From: Lobosporangium transversale | Taxonomy: Eukaryota | Assembly (NCBI RefSeq): GCF_002105155.1 | Contig: NW_019028994.1 | Span: forward strand, 744,001-808,000 | Length of the DNA: 64,000 bases | Reading direction: 5' to 3' | In this document: positions 12,574 to 25,358 of the stretch, one piece after another | How positions within the stretch are numbered: position 1 is the first letter of the stretch | How the letters are laid out: each line of letters begins with the position of its first letter | Position numbers and translations under genes: made by a program | The notes under the pieces: generated by a model | Told to the model about the DNA's origin: nothing | Database searches by the model: none | What the model saw: only the letters and a program-made list of their open reading frames with translations

Positions 12574-12855
12574 GAGAGGTCTTTTAAAATAAAATGAAAA
12601 AAAAAAAAAAAAAAAAAAAAAAAGCACAGCAAGCATGGCATCATTTACTTATTTACTTTTTTTTTTTTTTTTTTCATTGACTGAATAATAAACCACGTGT
12701 ATTTAAAATTGAAAGGTGATTCAGCAATGTAAAAAAAGTTTGGGAAAATAATAACAATCTTGATAATTCTCAGATTACTACAAACAAAGTATATAAATAA
12801 ATATATACACACATATATATATATATATATACAGGACAATACAAAGTATCAGTCT

Positions 12856-14094
12856 TCACGCTTTGCGAATCTCTGCACCGGTAGCACCAAAGAGGTTTTT
12901 GAGACTGCCATAGATTCCAAATTGAAGGGATGTGAGGGTGCCAACCAGAACAATACGGGGACCTAGGCCCAAGAATAAACCACGCAAACCCAATTCCTTT
13001 GCCAGAATAGCCAGACGAGCCATTGGTGATCCTGAACCTGAAGTCTTGTTGATCTTGGAGAGCAATGTATCAGCTGGTTGTGAAACGACTGCTGCAGCAG
13101 TTCCAGCAATCAAGCCTGATGCCAAGTTGATTCCTGTCATGGTCAAAGGTGCAACCGTCTTTGGATCTGGATCACCCATAGATTTCAAAATTCCTTCTAA
13201 AGCCTTTTCAAAGACCACAAATTTGGCCATTGTGTATGGAACCTGCTTAAAGACAATGGGTCCAAACCCTGAATAAAATCCATTGCGCACACCTTCCTCT
13301 ACACGGATACGATGGAAGCCAGAGACAAGACCTGAAGCAAAACCAGGTTGAGAAACTAGACGGATACGGGTGGCCTCGAGTGGACAGAGCGCGATATCGG
13401 CAATGAACTCTGCAATACCACCTGCGATCAAATAAATCGCCGTTCGGTTGCGGACAGCGCTCTCATGACCCACATATTCGCTCAAGGTCTTTTTCCAAAA
13501 CTCATAACCACCAAATTTGAACCCGCCCTGTATAAAGTATCCGACAAAAGTAGGCCCGAAACCGGTCATGAGAGCCCCAGCACCCTCCATTTTGATAATC
13601 TGACGAAATGTCCCTACCATACCCTTTGTTTCCAAAAAAAAAAAAAAAAAAAAAAAAATTCTATGAACATGACATCATTTATGGCGACATTCATCAAATT
13701 CTGTATTGGTTTCCCTTTACTCTTTTTTTTTTTTTTTTTTTTTTTTACCTTGTTAAATTTCTTGTTATCGAGCTGAATGCGAGTCTTTACCACATCTACA
13801 AAAGCCCAAGCAGATATTTCGCATGATCAGCTTTTTTTCTTGGCAGAGATACCCTCATAGTTTAGTTGTCTGTTGACAGAGATGTTGGGTGTATATGTGA
13901 TACAGATGCTGAAGTGGGGAATAAAGAATATAATAGGGCATCTAAACAAATCATTATGAAGTTTTACCAACAGGAGTTAATGCGCCATGAGTAACTCCAC
14001 AGCAGATGGCACCGGCTAGAGCAAAGCGGGAGTAGAGGTTGATACCGGTGGGAGGCAATGCTGCCTGGTTCTTGGGTGAGGTTGTTATAGACAT
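12856..14094 (-). CDS. MIR1: Mitochondrial phosphate carrier (SLC25), 3 exons
   Basis: [53 protein letters not shown] and [10 protein letters not shown] give three carrier signature motifs. Confidence 0.88.
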
Positions 14095-14949
14095 GTTGGA
14101 CCAAAAGTTGCAAAGAATAGGCTTAATGCGGTGTATTAATTGAGTGGAGGAACGAAGAAGAAGAAGAAGAAAAAGAAGAAGAGAAGGAGAAAGGGAAAGA
14201 AGGGAAAGCGCGAGAAAGAGTAGGGAAGAGGGAAGGAATGACATGATTGATCTTGGTAATATATATATATATGTTCGTATTTCTTTTTTTAGTTTGCTGT
14301 GCAGCGCAGCTGTTGCGGACCTTCCAAATGGAGAATGTATCGCCCGTGTCCGGCTAAAAGACCTTTTACAGCATTCCTGATGGTTTTAGTTACAATCGAC
14401 TGCATTTAAAAGAAAGTTTTTTTTTTTTTTGTTTTCCTTTGCAATTGACAAATTGCTTCGCCTTGAGGCTTTCATGGTAGCGTCATTCATTCAAGTCCGC
14501 GATAGCCAAGTTGCCAGTAATAAGCATTTACCAAAACTTGATCGAAATAAAAAATAAATGTACATATATTTGATAAGTGGTGTGATTTGTGAGATAGCTC
14601 ATTCAACTCACATGAAAGACATTTTTGTATTGTATCTTTTGTACCCCTTGTCTGTGCCCTGTGTCTGTGTGCCCTTGCATTGCCCTTGACCATCCATCGC
14701 TTTTGTAAAATATAAATATTAGGACATGGCTGTGGAGGAACTCCTCTTTTTGCTTTCCCTTTCAACTTTTTTTAATTCTTTAACATCCAATCTTATTCAT
14801 ACAAGGGCATTTGCTTCTTCACTTTCACTTTCACTTGCTCTTTATTACATTACACTACATTCATTCCATCTTTTATATATTTGTACAACATACACCTTAT
14901 ACACCAATATCTACTCGCTCGACAGCAAAAGACATCCGAGGAAACAACA

Positions 14950-15126
14950 ATGGTTCATATCCCAATTGTCTCCCGGCTCAGTCTGAGCGACTACTCGTCC
15001 ATCACCCTGACCTTTGTCATCCTCGGCATCGAGACATGCTGTCGCATGGTCGCCTTCCTCATCCCCGGATTCATTCTTGATGCCCTTAAAGCCTTTCTTG
15101 AGAAGTATGTCATTACTTCTTTCTCA

Positions 15127-15170
<44 letters not shown>

Positions 15171-16771
15171 GTATTCATTCATTCTTCCATTCATTCATTC
15201 ATTCATTCATTCATTTAGTCAGTCAGTCAGTCAGTCAGTCAAACTTCAACTCACCATGATCATATCACTCTTTTCTTTCATTTCTTTATACATATATGAC
15301 CTCTCTCCACAATGAGCAGGTTATTCCCATGGATTGTTACCAACTACATATCATCAAAAGCACCCCCACTCGAAAGTGCAGCCAATGTGCAAGAAATGCT
15401 TCGGTTCTGGTAAGGACATGATGTGCCTTGATATTTTAGACGAGAGACATTTCAAAGTGAGACCTGACAGGACAATTGACCATTTTCCATATTTATTTTA
15501 TTTCTTATTTTTTTCCCCTTCTTCTTCACCTTCTCCCAGGAACTACCCGGTCCAAGAGCATCTTGTGCGGACACAGGATAACTATCTGTTGGGTATCCAC
15601 AGAATTACACATGGTCGTGAGCAAATCTCCGCCAAAGGTGTTGTTCCAGATCCTCCGGAGGACATTGTAAAGTTTTTAAAGAAACATGGTGTTCCCCTGG
15701 CTGCAGAAACAAAAGAGGCACACCTTGAAAGGAGCAAGAGGAGCAGACGGGATCAAGAAGAGAATCTGGAGGCTGATCTTGATACTCATCCCAGAAGGAA
15801 ATCAAAGAAAAACGACTACATCAAACCCGTCGTCCTACTCTACCACGGGTTCATGATGTGCTCCGAAGTCTGGCTCTGTAACTTGGATGAAGAGAGAAAC
15901 TTGGCCTTTGTCTTAGCAGAAGCAGGGTAAAATATCTATATAATATATATATATATATATATAATACCTGTTCAGTGTTTTGTAATGTTTGCTTTGCTCA
16001 CAGAAAAGGTTTTTTTTTTGTCATTCAACCAACTAAATAGATATGACGTCTGGTTGGGCAATGCCCGTGGCAACAAATATTCACTTAAACACATGTTCCT
16101 CAAACCGCACGAAAACAAATTTTGGGAGTTTGGCATGGATGAACTTGCAATGTTTGATATGCCAGATACGGTTGACGTAAGCTGAAAAAGAAAAAAGTCC
16201 TCTTTTAGTCTTGCTATATTGCTATACTACTACAGATCTAGTTGGAGTAACAGACCAAATACTCTATTCTATATACTTTCTATCTGCCATTAGTACATCC
16301 TCGCCAGAACAGGAGCACCCTCATTGGTTTACATTGGATTTTCACAAGGAACTGCTCAAGCATTCGCTTCACTCTCTATCAACCCCTCACTTAATGACAA
16401 AATTTCCCTATTCATTGCCCTTGCCCCTGCAACAACTCCACCTGGACTCGATAATGGACTCGTCAACTCGATTGTCAAGGCCGCACCCAATGTCATCTAT
16501 CTGCTCTTTGGTCGAAAGACCCCTCTAACAGCAGCCCTATTCTGGCAGAATCTTTTGCATCCAACAGCCTATGCCGTTGTGATTGATTGGGCCGTCAAGT
16601 TCCTCTTTGGATGGAATTGTACTTCAATGAGCCGTGTGCAAAAAGCAGTTTCGTATCAACATCTCTACAGTTTCACCAGTGTTAGGATCCTTGTGGTAAG
16701 TTCTTCCTACACTATACTATAGCTCTTTCTTTATGTATTTCGACCGCATTCGTTGACCATATATACCCATG

Positions 16772-16804
<33 letters not shown>

Positions 16805-17140
16805 ATCAATATCATCATTATTATTTGTTTACCCTCTAGCACTGGTTCCAAATCATTAGAACTCAAGTTTTTCAAATGTACGATGATGTGTTACCCAGGG
16901 TTCCTTATCTTTCTTCAACTCGGAGTCATTGCCCCCATCCCTTCCCAACAAATCAAATCACCACACCTATCGCCATTTTCTACGGAGGAAGTGACACCCT
17001 TGTCGACGTGAAAGCTCTCCTGTCTGATCTTCCCGAATTGGTGGGCATCTGGGAAGTCCCTAACTACGAGCATCTGGGTATGTGAAAGGAGCATGATACA
17101 AATTCAGCTGTTGACCGCATTTTTTTGATATCAGCTTACT

Positions 17141-17174
<34 letters not shown>

Positions 17175-17578
17175 TGAATAATGTGGATGCATACAAATAA
17201 ATACTAGACTTCCTTTGGGCGGATGGCTTGGAGAAATATGTTTATCCCAAAATTCTACAGCTTCTTGAATCACATTCATTCAATGGACACATTTCTAGCG
17301 AAGAGGCCAAAAGACAGAGCATTGAGCGAATGTCCTCTAACGGACTGAATACCTATAGACGAGAGATCCGTAAACTCGCTTACGAGCTTGAAGGCCTTGA
17401 CTCTGATATCGAGCAGGAAAATGAAGTTTACACTGATTCAACCGTGGACACCCCAAAGGAAGAAGAAGAGCAATCGTTGGTATCAGATGAATCAAATGAT
17501 TCGACAAAGAAACAACAACAACAACGCCGTCAGCCTGTAGATGTCCAGGATCAACAACAGCAACAATATGGACACTAA
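14950..17578 (+). CDS. Alpha/beta-hydrolase acid lipase / sterol esterase (TGL1/YEH-like), multi-exon
   Basis: EHLVRTQDNYLLGIHRI, VLLYHG, YDVWLGNARGNKYS, nucleophile elbow GFSQG, GGSDTLVD and YEHL|DFLWA. Confidence 0.88.
15128..15240. repeat. Compound intronic microsatellite (CA)n-(ATTC)n-(AGTC)n
   Basis: Directly visible in intron 1 of the lipase gene. Confidence 0.9.
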
Positions 17579-17960
17579 TGAGCATAGATAGATCAAGAGA
17601 AAAAAAAAAATAATAATAATAATAGAGGCACGAGCCATGTTTCTCAATTAAAATTTAAAACTCATAAATGAAATGCTCAGTGCACGTGAGTAGCACGTGT
17701 AAGTCCATACCCATGCATGGTGTCGAATAGTTTCACGGAAGAGGCGCATGTTTTAATTGATTTTCCTTTTCCTTTCTTCTTTCTTCCTCTTCTTTTCCTC
17801 CAACATAAGAGCTACATAACCCCTGAGTCATACACTCATACATGTAAGGGACAGGCACACACCCCTTCTGGAACCCACAAAAAGATCGCTACTAACTCAT
17901 ATTGTGAAATAAAACCTATGAAATAAACAGCCTTCGATCCAAGAAGGAAAACAATAAATC

Positions 17961-20900
17961 ATGTTTAGCACTATGGATACTCCACCACGGAGTACACTTT
18001 TGCCAGCTCAGGCTCTGAGACTCTTTAATTTCTACATGAAGGGTGCTTGTACCATAGATGACGATAAGGACATCGTCATGGAGCTCTGTCTCGATGCTGA
18101 CTTTGTGCTCTCGCGGATCCAGTGGCCTGCGAGAAGGCCCCTCACCTCTTCCACCTCAACTTGTAATGAAGACACAGCATCGCCTCATGATATTGCTTCA
18201 GCCTACTATAAGATCGCTCGTTTATTTGAACAGTTAGGTCACTCAGATGTTGCTCAAAGACGTGATAAGAAAGCAGAGAAATGGGGATACGCTCCGGGGA
18301 GCATCGATAATACCGACAATAGCAGTGTTAGCAACAATAACAATAACATTATCAAGCTTGAAAAAACTGGGGCCACTAGCAGCAGATCGAATAGAATGGT
18401 TACAGCAGCATCAGTACAGACCATTGCAACTATTTCAAAGGACATATTCAATCACAATGAGCCTCCGACAGCCATCAGGTACAGCTTACCAGATGCCGGT
18501 ACTCACTTGAATGATATCCACCAGCTCGTGTATTGTCTTTCTCTGCTCCCTACTGCTCCTATCCAAACAAATGACCTCAATGACCATGAAAAGGACTGGC
18601 GCCAGGCTATATCGAACGATCAAGATGAGTATGAACGACTATGTAAACTAGCATCGGATGTAATCGAGACGTTCATCAATGATGAGATCAAGTCCGAGAT
18701 ATCTGTCACTGAGGTTGTGGCTCTCTCCCCAGTCCTCGATCAAGCACAATTCAGAACACTGCTCAAGGCTTTGATCAATGGGATCAGCCAGAACATTATG
18801 TTGGAGACTCACCTGTTAGAAGGATTGGCTAAATTGATGCAGCATGCTCCTCCTGGATATCTCGACTCGGATGACCTTGTAACCATCCTCAACACTCTCA
18901 GTCCTCACTTGCAAGTCATTCACAGCCAATCTACCGAACATCTCTATCGTCTGTCAGCTACAGTCTCACATGTCCTTGATGCCATGGTCAACAACCAAGT
19001 CAAAAGTCTGAAGCGAGAGCAGCTCCATGAACCACTTGCTGTATACCTCCAGAGACTAAAAGACAGCTCAGATCCTCATCTAGTCTATCAAGCAGCTTAT
19101 GCCTTTCAAGCCTTACAGTATATACCTGACGACGAATCAACAATGCAAGGCATGCTTCGACGGACATCAACAGTGGTTCGAGGAGTGTTTGGAGTAGTGA
19201 GTGCAGTCAAAGGCTTTGATCTGAATGCCTTCATGGATGAGATAAGCAATATCCAGAGAGGACTTCCTTCTGTGATAGGCACCATTGATAAGAGCATGGA
19301 AGTACATACCCCACTATATGAGAGTGGATTGGCATTCAGACAGTGTATGGAAGAAGGGCTCAGCTTTAGTCACAAGTCAGGATGGTATCCAGCACTGCGT
19401 GGAGCTGATGCACTACTCCAGAGACGCGATTTCACCAAGCTCAAGGTCCTTGTGTGTGGAGTATCCTGCCGCAATGATGCAGCATTCCAATGGGGACTAA
19501 GCCAGAGACTGGGACAGATTGCAGCAGATACACAGTGGACCATGGATACTCGACAGGATGCCATCACATTGCTAGGAGAGATGTACAAGAATGATCGGGA
19601 GTGGGGTGGCCATGCACATATCAAACAGTGGGTCATAAATATCCTAGGGACGCTATCCTCAATATCACTGGACGGTCTACAAGGTGCACATTTTCTCTCT
19701 TATCCCGTGGATATGTTTGATGATGACGGCAACACTCAGTATATAATGATTAATCCGCTTAACTCATACAAATTTATTTTTCTCTTCTCTTTCCAGCTGC
19801 AATTGCTCTCTTAGATGATCTCGAGGCAGATGGAGGCATCAAGGAGCAAGAACTATACAAAGAGTGTCTCCATGAAAGAGCAGTCAAGCACTCCATCATT
19901 GCCACACTATCTCCAGCTTCATCTTCCCCTCTATTTGATCATGCACAGGAGAGATCAGGTATCGAGGGCAGTCTGTGCAAACTAAAGGAACAGCGGGCGG
20001 GCGAGAGGGTTAGCCAAGGATTCTACATTCAACAATATGCTAAGGCAAGTCCTCAAGCAAACGATGACAAGCTGTTCTCGCTGATGGACAAGGTGAAAGA
20101 GTTCCTGGATAGTGACCAGAAAGTGCTACTTGTCCAAGGAGACTCAGGAGCAGGCAAGTCCACATTCAATCGTACACTAGAGCGTACACTCTGGGACGCA
20201 TACCAAAAGAGACATGGTCGGATCCCACTGTTTATCAATCTCCCAGCCATTGACAAGCCAGAAAAGGATCTGGTTGCAAAGCAGCTGCGACACTACGACT
20301 TTACAGACTCACAGATCAAGGAGCTGAAGAAGAGTCGGTCATTCATCCTGATCTGTGATGGATATGATGAGAGTATGCAGACCACCAATCTGTATGTCTC
20401 CAACCAACTGAATAAGCCTGGAGAGTGGATGGCTCAGATGGTGATCAGCTGCCGCAGCGAGTATCTTGGTTTAGACTATCGAGATCGATTTCAACCTATG
20501 AACCGCAATCACCGAGCAGATGGTGGATTGTTTGAAGAAGCTGTGATCATGCCATTCTCTGAGGCTCAGATCGACGACTACATCGAACAATATGTCGATG
20601 TCATGGATCCACTGTGGCATGTGGAGGGCTATCGACGTGCGCTCAAACAGGTCCCTAGTCTCCAAGACCTTGTGAAGAACCCATTCATGCTATCGATGTC
20701 GCTAGAAGTACTCCCACGAATGGTAGATCCAGACCAAGGAGTTTCCAACACCAAGATCAAACGCGTCACACTGTATGACCAGTTCGTAGAGCAGTGGCTA
20801 GAACGAGGCAAGAAGCGACTAAGCGATGCAATAGGATCGGAAAACAAAAGAATGTACCACAAGCTATTGGATGAGGGATTTGCGCAGAATGGGATCAGGT

Positions 20901-23900
20901 ATTTGACCGAGCTAGCCATAGCAATCTACAAACATCAAGATGGCAATCCAGTGGTGGACTACTCATCATCGAAGGACAAAGATACATGGAAAGAAAGGTA
21001 CTTTAGCAAAGAAGGTGGAAGGGACCTTCTGCGCGAGGCTTCTCCACTTACTCGTACAGGCAATCAGCACTGGTTTATGCATCGCTCACTTCTAGAGTAC
21101 AGTCTGGCACGAGCGGTATTTGAGCCGCAATCAGCAATGAGCACTTCTGTAAGGTATGAAGAGTCAAAAGTGCCAACTTCAGCTCTTCGTCGACAAAGTA
21201 TTAGCTCAATGTATAGTTTCGAAGGCATGGATATTGATGAAGGCGAGCAAGGGGTCGAGTCAGTCAAAGTTGATGAGGCATCACCTTTAGTATGGAGAAG
21301 CTTTGTAGAGGAACCATCTATCCTTCATTTCTTAGAGGACCGTGTCCGTCTCGAGCCGATATTCAAACGGCAGCTGCATACATATGTGGAGCTCTCGAAG
21401 AGCGATAGCAAGTGGCGGATAGCAGCAGCCAATGCGATGACGATCTTGGTGCGAGCAGGCGAGTCATTTACCGAAGCAGACTTGCGAGGCATCCAGATCC
21501 CAGGAGCAGATCTCAGTCATGGTATATTTGAGTATGCTCAGCTACAAGGAGCAGATTTGAGGAAGGTCAATTTACGGAACTGTTGGCTTCGTGAAACAGA
21601 CATGAGTGGAGCAAAGATGGCAGGTGTTCAGTTTGGAGAATGGCCACTTCTTGAGGCAAGTGGCGCTGTACGCTATGGATCATACTCGCCTGATGGCAAG
21701 ACACTCGCTGCAGTTATCGGAAATGGAGCAGGTGGTTATTCGATCATTGTGCATGATGCATTAACATGGGAGAAGTATTTGGCTCTAGAGGACGCTGAGA
21801 TTGGCGGCAGGCTTTTATACTCGCCAGACAGTCGATATATCGCCTCTTGGGGTTCTCCGCAGTCTGCTGTTTTAATTTGGAATGTAGCCTCAGGAATATT
21901 AGTTCACCGATTGGAGGGCCATACAAATCTAGTGAACTGCGTAGTGTACTCGCCAGATGGAAAGCACCTTGCCTCAGCTAGCGATGATAAGTCGGTGTTG
22001 GTGTGGGACATTCAATCAGGCATGCTCAGATACATATTAGAGGGCCATACAGGCCGTGTAAAGAGTGTGGCATACTCGCCTGATGGACTTCAGATTGCAA
22101 CTAGCAGTGATGACAAGACAGTACGGCTGTGGGATGCGATATCGGGGCAGCAGCTGATGCAGATGGACCATGAGGATTGGATTGAGCAAATTGTGTATTC
22201 ACCTACTGGCCAGGAAATTATATCCCGTTGTACCTATAATGATTATCTGCATGTGTGGGATGTTGGATCTGGTCAAAAGAAGTGTGAGTTGAGGCATAAG
22301 TACAGAGTCGATGGCATTCAGTGCTCACCTTACGGGAAATTCGCTGCTTCAATCGACCTATCGATGGTATACCAATGGGATATTCAAACAGGGAATATCA
22401 TCCATACTCTTCAAGGTCACTCCAATTATATCAATGACTTGAAGTACTCACCAAATGGAGAACAGATAGCTACTTGCAGTCGCGACAGAACAGTTCGGCT
22501 TTGGGATGCAAGATCAGGACAACTCATGAATACTTTTTATGGCCACTCTAGCTTTATATCTTGTGTAGCATATTCACCAAACAATCAGCAGCTTGCATCC
22601 TTTGATGGAGATGGAACGATACGCCTTTGGGATACTCGATCACAGCAATCTAATCATGACTCGCATGGCCATTCAGCATCGATCGATGGCGTTAGGAGTT
22701 CACCGGATGGACAGCAGGTAGCTTCACACAGCGATGATGGGATAGTGTGTATATGGGATGCAAGGACAGGACAGTCCACCCATGTTTTACAAAGCCGCGA
22801 TAAATTCCCAGCCGACATCAAGTATTCATCTGATGGCCAGTTGCTTGCTTCTCGCCATCAGGATTCCCCGCGTGTCTATCTCTGGAACGCTCGAACAGGC
22901 CAAGTCACCCATACCTTGGAGCTGCAGGGCAGGAAAGCCAATGAGATCGAAGACTTGGATTTCTCACCTATTGACAACCAAATTGCCTGTGGTCATCACG
23001 ATGGAGATGTGACTATATGGAACGCACAAACGGGGGAGCTCATATGCATTCTGCAGGGTCACAGCAAAGCTGCAATGTGTGTAGTATTCTCGCCTGATGG
23101 CCAGCACCTTGCTTCTTATGATGATGAGGGCACCCTTAGAGTCTGGAAAGTTCATTCAGGCAGCCTTTGTTATGAAGTAAAGGGTGGAGGGGCGGATTGC
23201 GATTCTATCAGGTACACGCCTGATGGTCGAAAAATAGTGGTTTATTACAGTTATGGCGCTCGCGAGCTGCAAGTACGGAACGCAGAAACGGGTGAGCTTT
23301 GCTACACAACCCTGTCTGGAGCTTATAGAGGGAGAGGATCATTTTCACCATGTAGTCAACGGATGGCTGATGCGTGTGACGATGGACGAATTAATGTGGT
23401 AAATATAGAGACGGGAGAAGTATTGCACACGCTTAAAGGACACACCAATTGGATCAAAGAGATGGCTTATTCGCCTGATGGGAAGTACATTGCTTCAAGC
23501 AGTCATGATAAGACAGTGCGAGTGTGGGATGCAGAGACAGGCGAGTGTTTGGTTATAATCCCATCGGAAGGTGGACATGTTGCTACGCTTGTATGGAACA
23601 CCTCAGCGGAAGGCTACTTCCTGGTTACAGGGTCTGTAGATGTCTCTGTTCGGATGTGGCAAATTGTGAAGAAGGATGATCAATATCAGTATCGGCTGAA
23701 ATGGAGCACCAGACAAGCAGCTTTTAATGCCCACAACATGTGTATTCAAGATGTAGTTGGATTAAGCAAAGTCAACAGAGAGCTCCTGGTGCAACGAGGA
23801 GCTATAAGCAAGCAATCCCATCCTTTGGTCATGTATGAGGTGCCTAAACAGATTGTAACTACACCATTAATGGTATCCAAGTCCAAAGCAGCCTCAAGTC

Positions 23901-23962
23901 AAGTTGACGATCATCAAGTCCCGTCATTAGAGGCATCCCTTGGGATAGAAGCGTCGAAATAA
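17961..23962 (+). CDS. NLR-like STAND protein copy 2, about 1960 aa (exons 17961-19683 and 19797-23962)
   Basis: One GT-AG intron (19684-19796) joins ORF 17961 to ORF 20084 in frame with no stops. Walker A GDSGAGKS, Walker B FILICDGYDE, then pentapeptide repeats and WD40 repeats. Confidence 0.9.
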
Positions 23963-25358
23963 GAAAGAAGAAGTACCATTGACGACAGCAACAGCAACAA
24001 ATAAATCAATCAAAGACCACTAGCTCAAATACAACCTTAGCAGCGGATGTAAATTTGCACATTTTATTTCATGCTGACCTCGCGGCTATGGGAACCAATA
24101 AATATCATCTAGGACGAAAAAATAAAATGGGAAGGGTGCTTGTTTGTAAACCTATCATGGAAAAGAAGAATGTATAGGTAGTATATATACTTTTTGAATA
24201 AAATATAATTCTTTGAGAGAGAATGTCTGTGTTTATTCAATATCATTATAACCCATCTGTTTTCTTTTCAATACTTTTATTTACTTTGATGATGAATATG
24301 TTCTCTCTACATTTGGAGCCTATCCTCACTAAGTTCATTATCCATTGTTGCGTTGCTTTGATTGGAAAAAAAATCCCCATTCGATTAACCTGCAAACCAT
24401 TGTCTTTGGCATCTTCTGCTGAGAATATAGTCAGAGCTCAACAGAGAAAATTAGCTTGCCACTGTTCTGTCTGTTAGTGCGAGACGAGATTTCTGTCAAC
24501 TTACTGCTCTGTATTAATCACCGATTGATACTATTTGTATTGACAAAGCCCAGAAGATCCTCTTTAAGAAGTTTAAGAAAATAATAAAATAAAGTGAAAT
24601 GACAAGAAGAAGAAAAAAAAAAAAAAAAGTAAAAGAGACGCAAGAGACTAGCTTATCCCTTGAAGAAAAAGCAGGAAGAAGACAAAACCTTGATATTGGA
24701 CACAAATATGGCAAGCGAAATTCATATTTATATTGCTGCATCATGTAAAAGGAGGTACCAGCGCCATACGTCAAAAGTACCATTCTCCATTTTGATAGAT
24801 CCTTTACTCTTTTTCTCACCCAATTCCTTCTTACAGAATTGAAGACCAATATAGCGTTACGTCCGATTCGTGCAGTTGATAAACCTCAAGCACTTTAACA
24901 TCTGGTCCTCTTATATAATATAACCTATTTTAGTATATCCTCCATATCTATACAGTTGCATTTGTCTCTGTCTGGACATACGGTACAGATGGGATACAAA
25001 GTGCGAAGAGATTCCAATGAAAATTTTGTGGCTGTCAAAAATGTTATGGCAAAAGAAAGCCCTTGAAGAGTTGTCAGTGAACTTGTGAGTTGTGAAGCAT
25101 ATCTCTTAAGGGGGAGGGGCAGAACAAAGCGAAATGCTCACAATGTTGCTCTTTCTTCCTTTCTTTCCTCCACACAACGTCATTCATCCTCGTACACAAC
25201 CTCAATGTTTTTTTTACTTGAGTAAAGAATATTTTCACGCTTAGACTTCATTTACTTACAAATAGCACTACTAAACACATATTATTAAATATAACCACTT
25301 CTCTTTCTCTGAAGTGAATAGGTTAATTTCGAAAGTCTAATAAGGGAAACAATAAACC

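Noticed and set aside
12046..13276. Antisense ORFs over Hv1 and MIR1 (and similar ones over the NLR genes)
   Set aside because: Shadow frames of real genes with no independent protein features.
18290..18400. Asn/Ser-rich stretch (DNTDNSSVSNNNNN) as an NLR amyloid signalling motif
   Set aside because: It is an internal linker without HET-s, RHIM or sigma-like pattern, and no neighbouring gene carries a matching motif or HeLo-like domain.
21900..23600. HNWD-style highly conserved internal WD40 repeats
   Set aside because: Repeats within each gene are strongly diverged from one another. Homogenisation is seen between paralogs, not between repeats of one gene.
24514..24849. 111-aa minus-strand ORF between NLR copies 2 and 3 as a partner effector gene
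   Set aside because: No ATG start at the ORF boundary, it runs through a homopolymer tract, and it has no recognisable domain.
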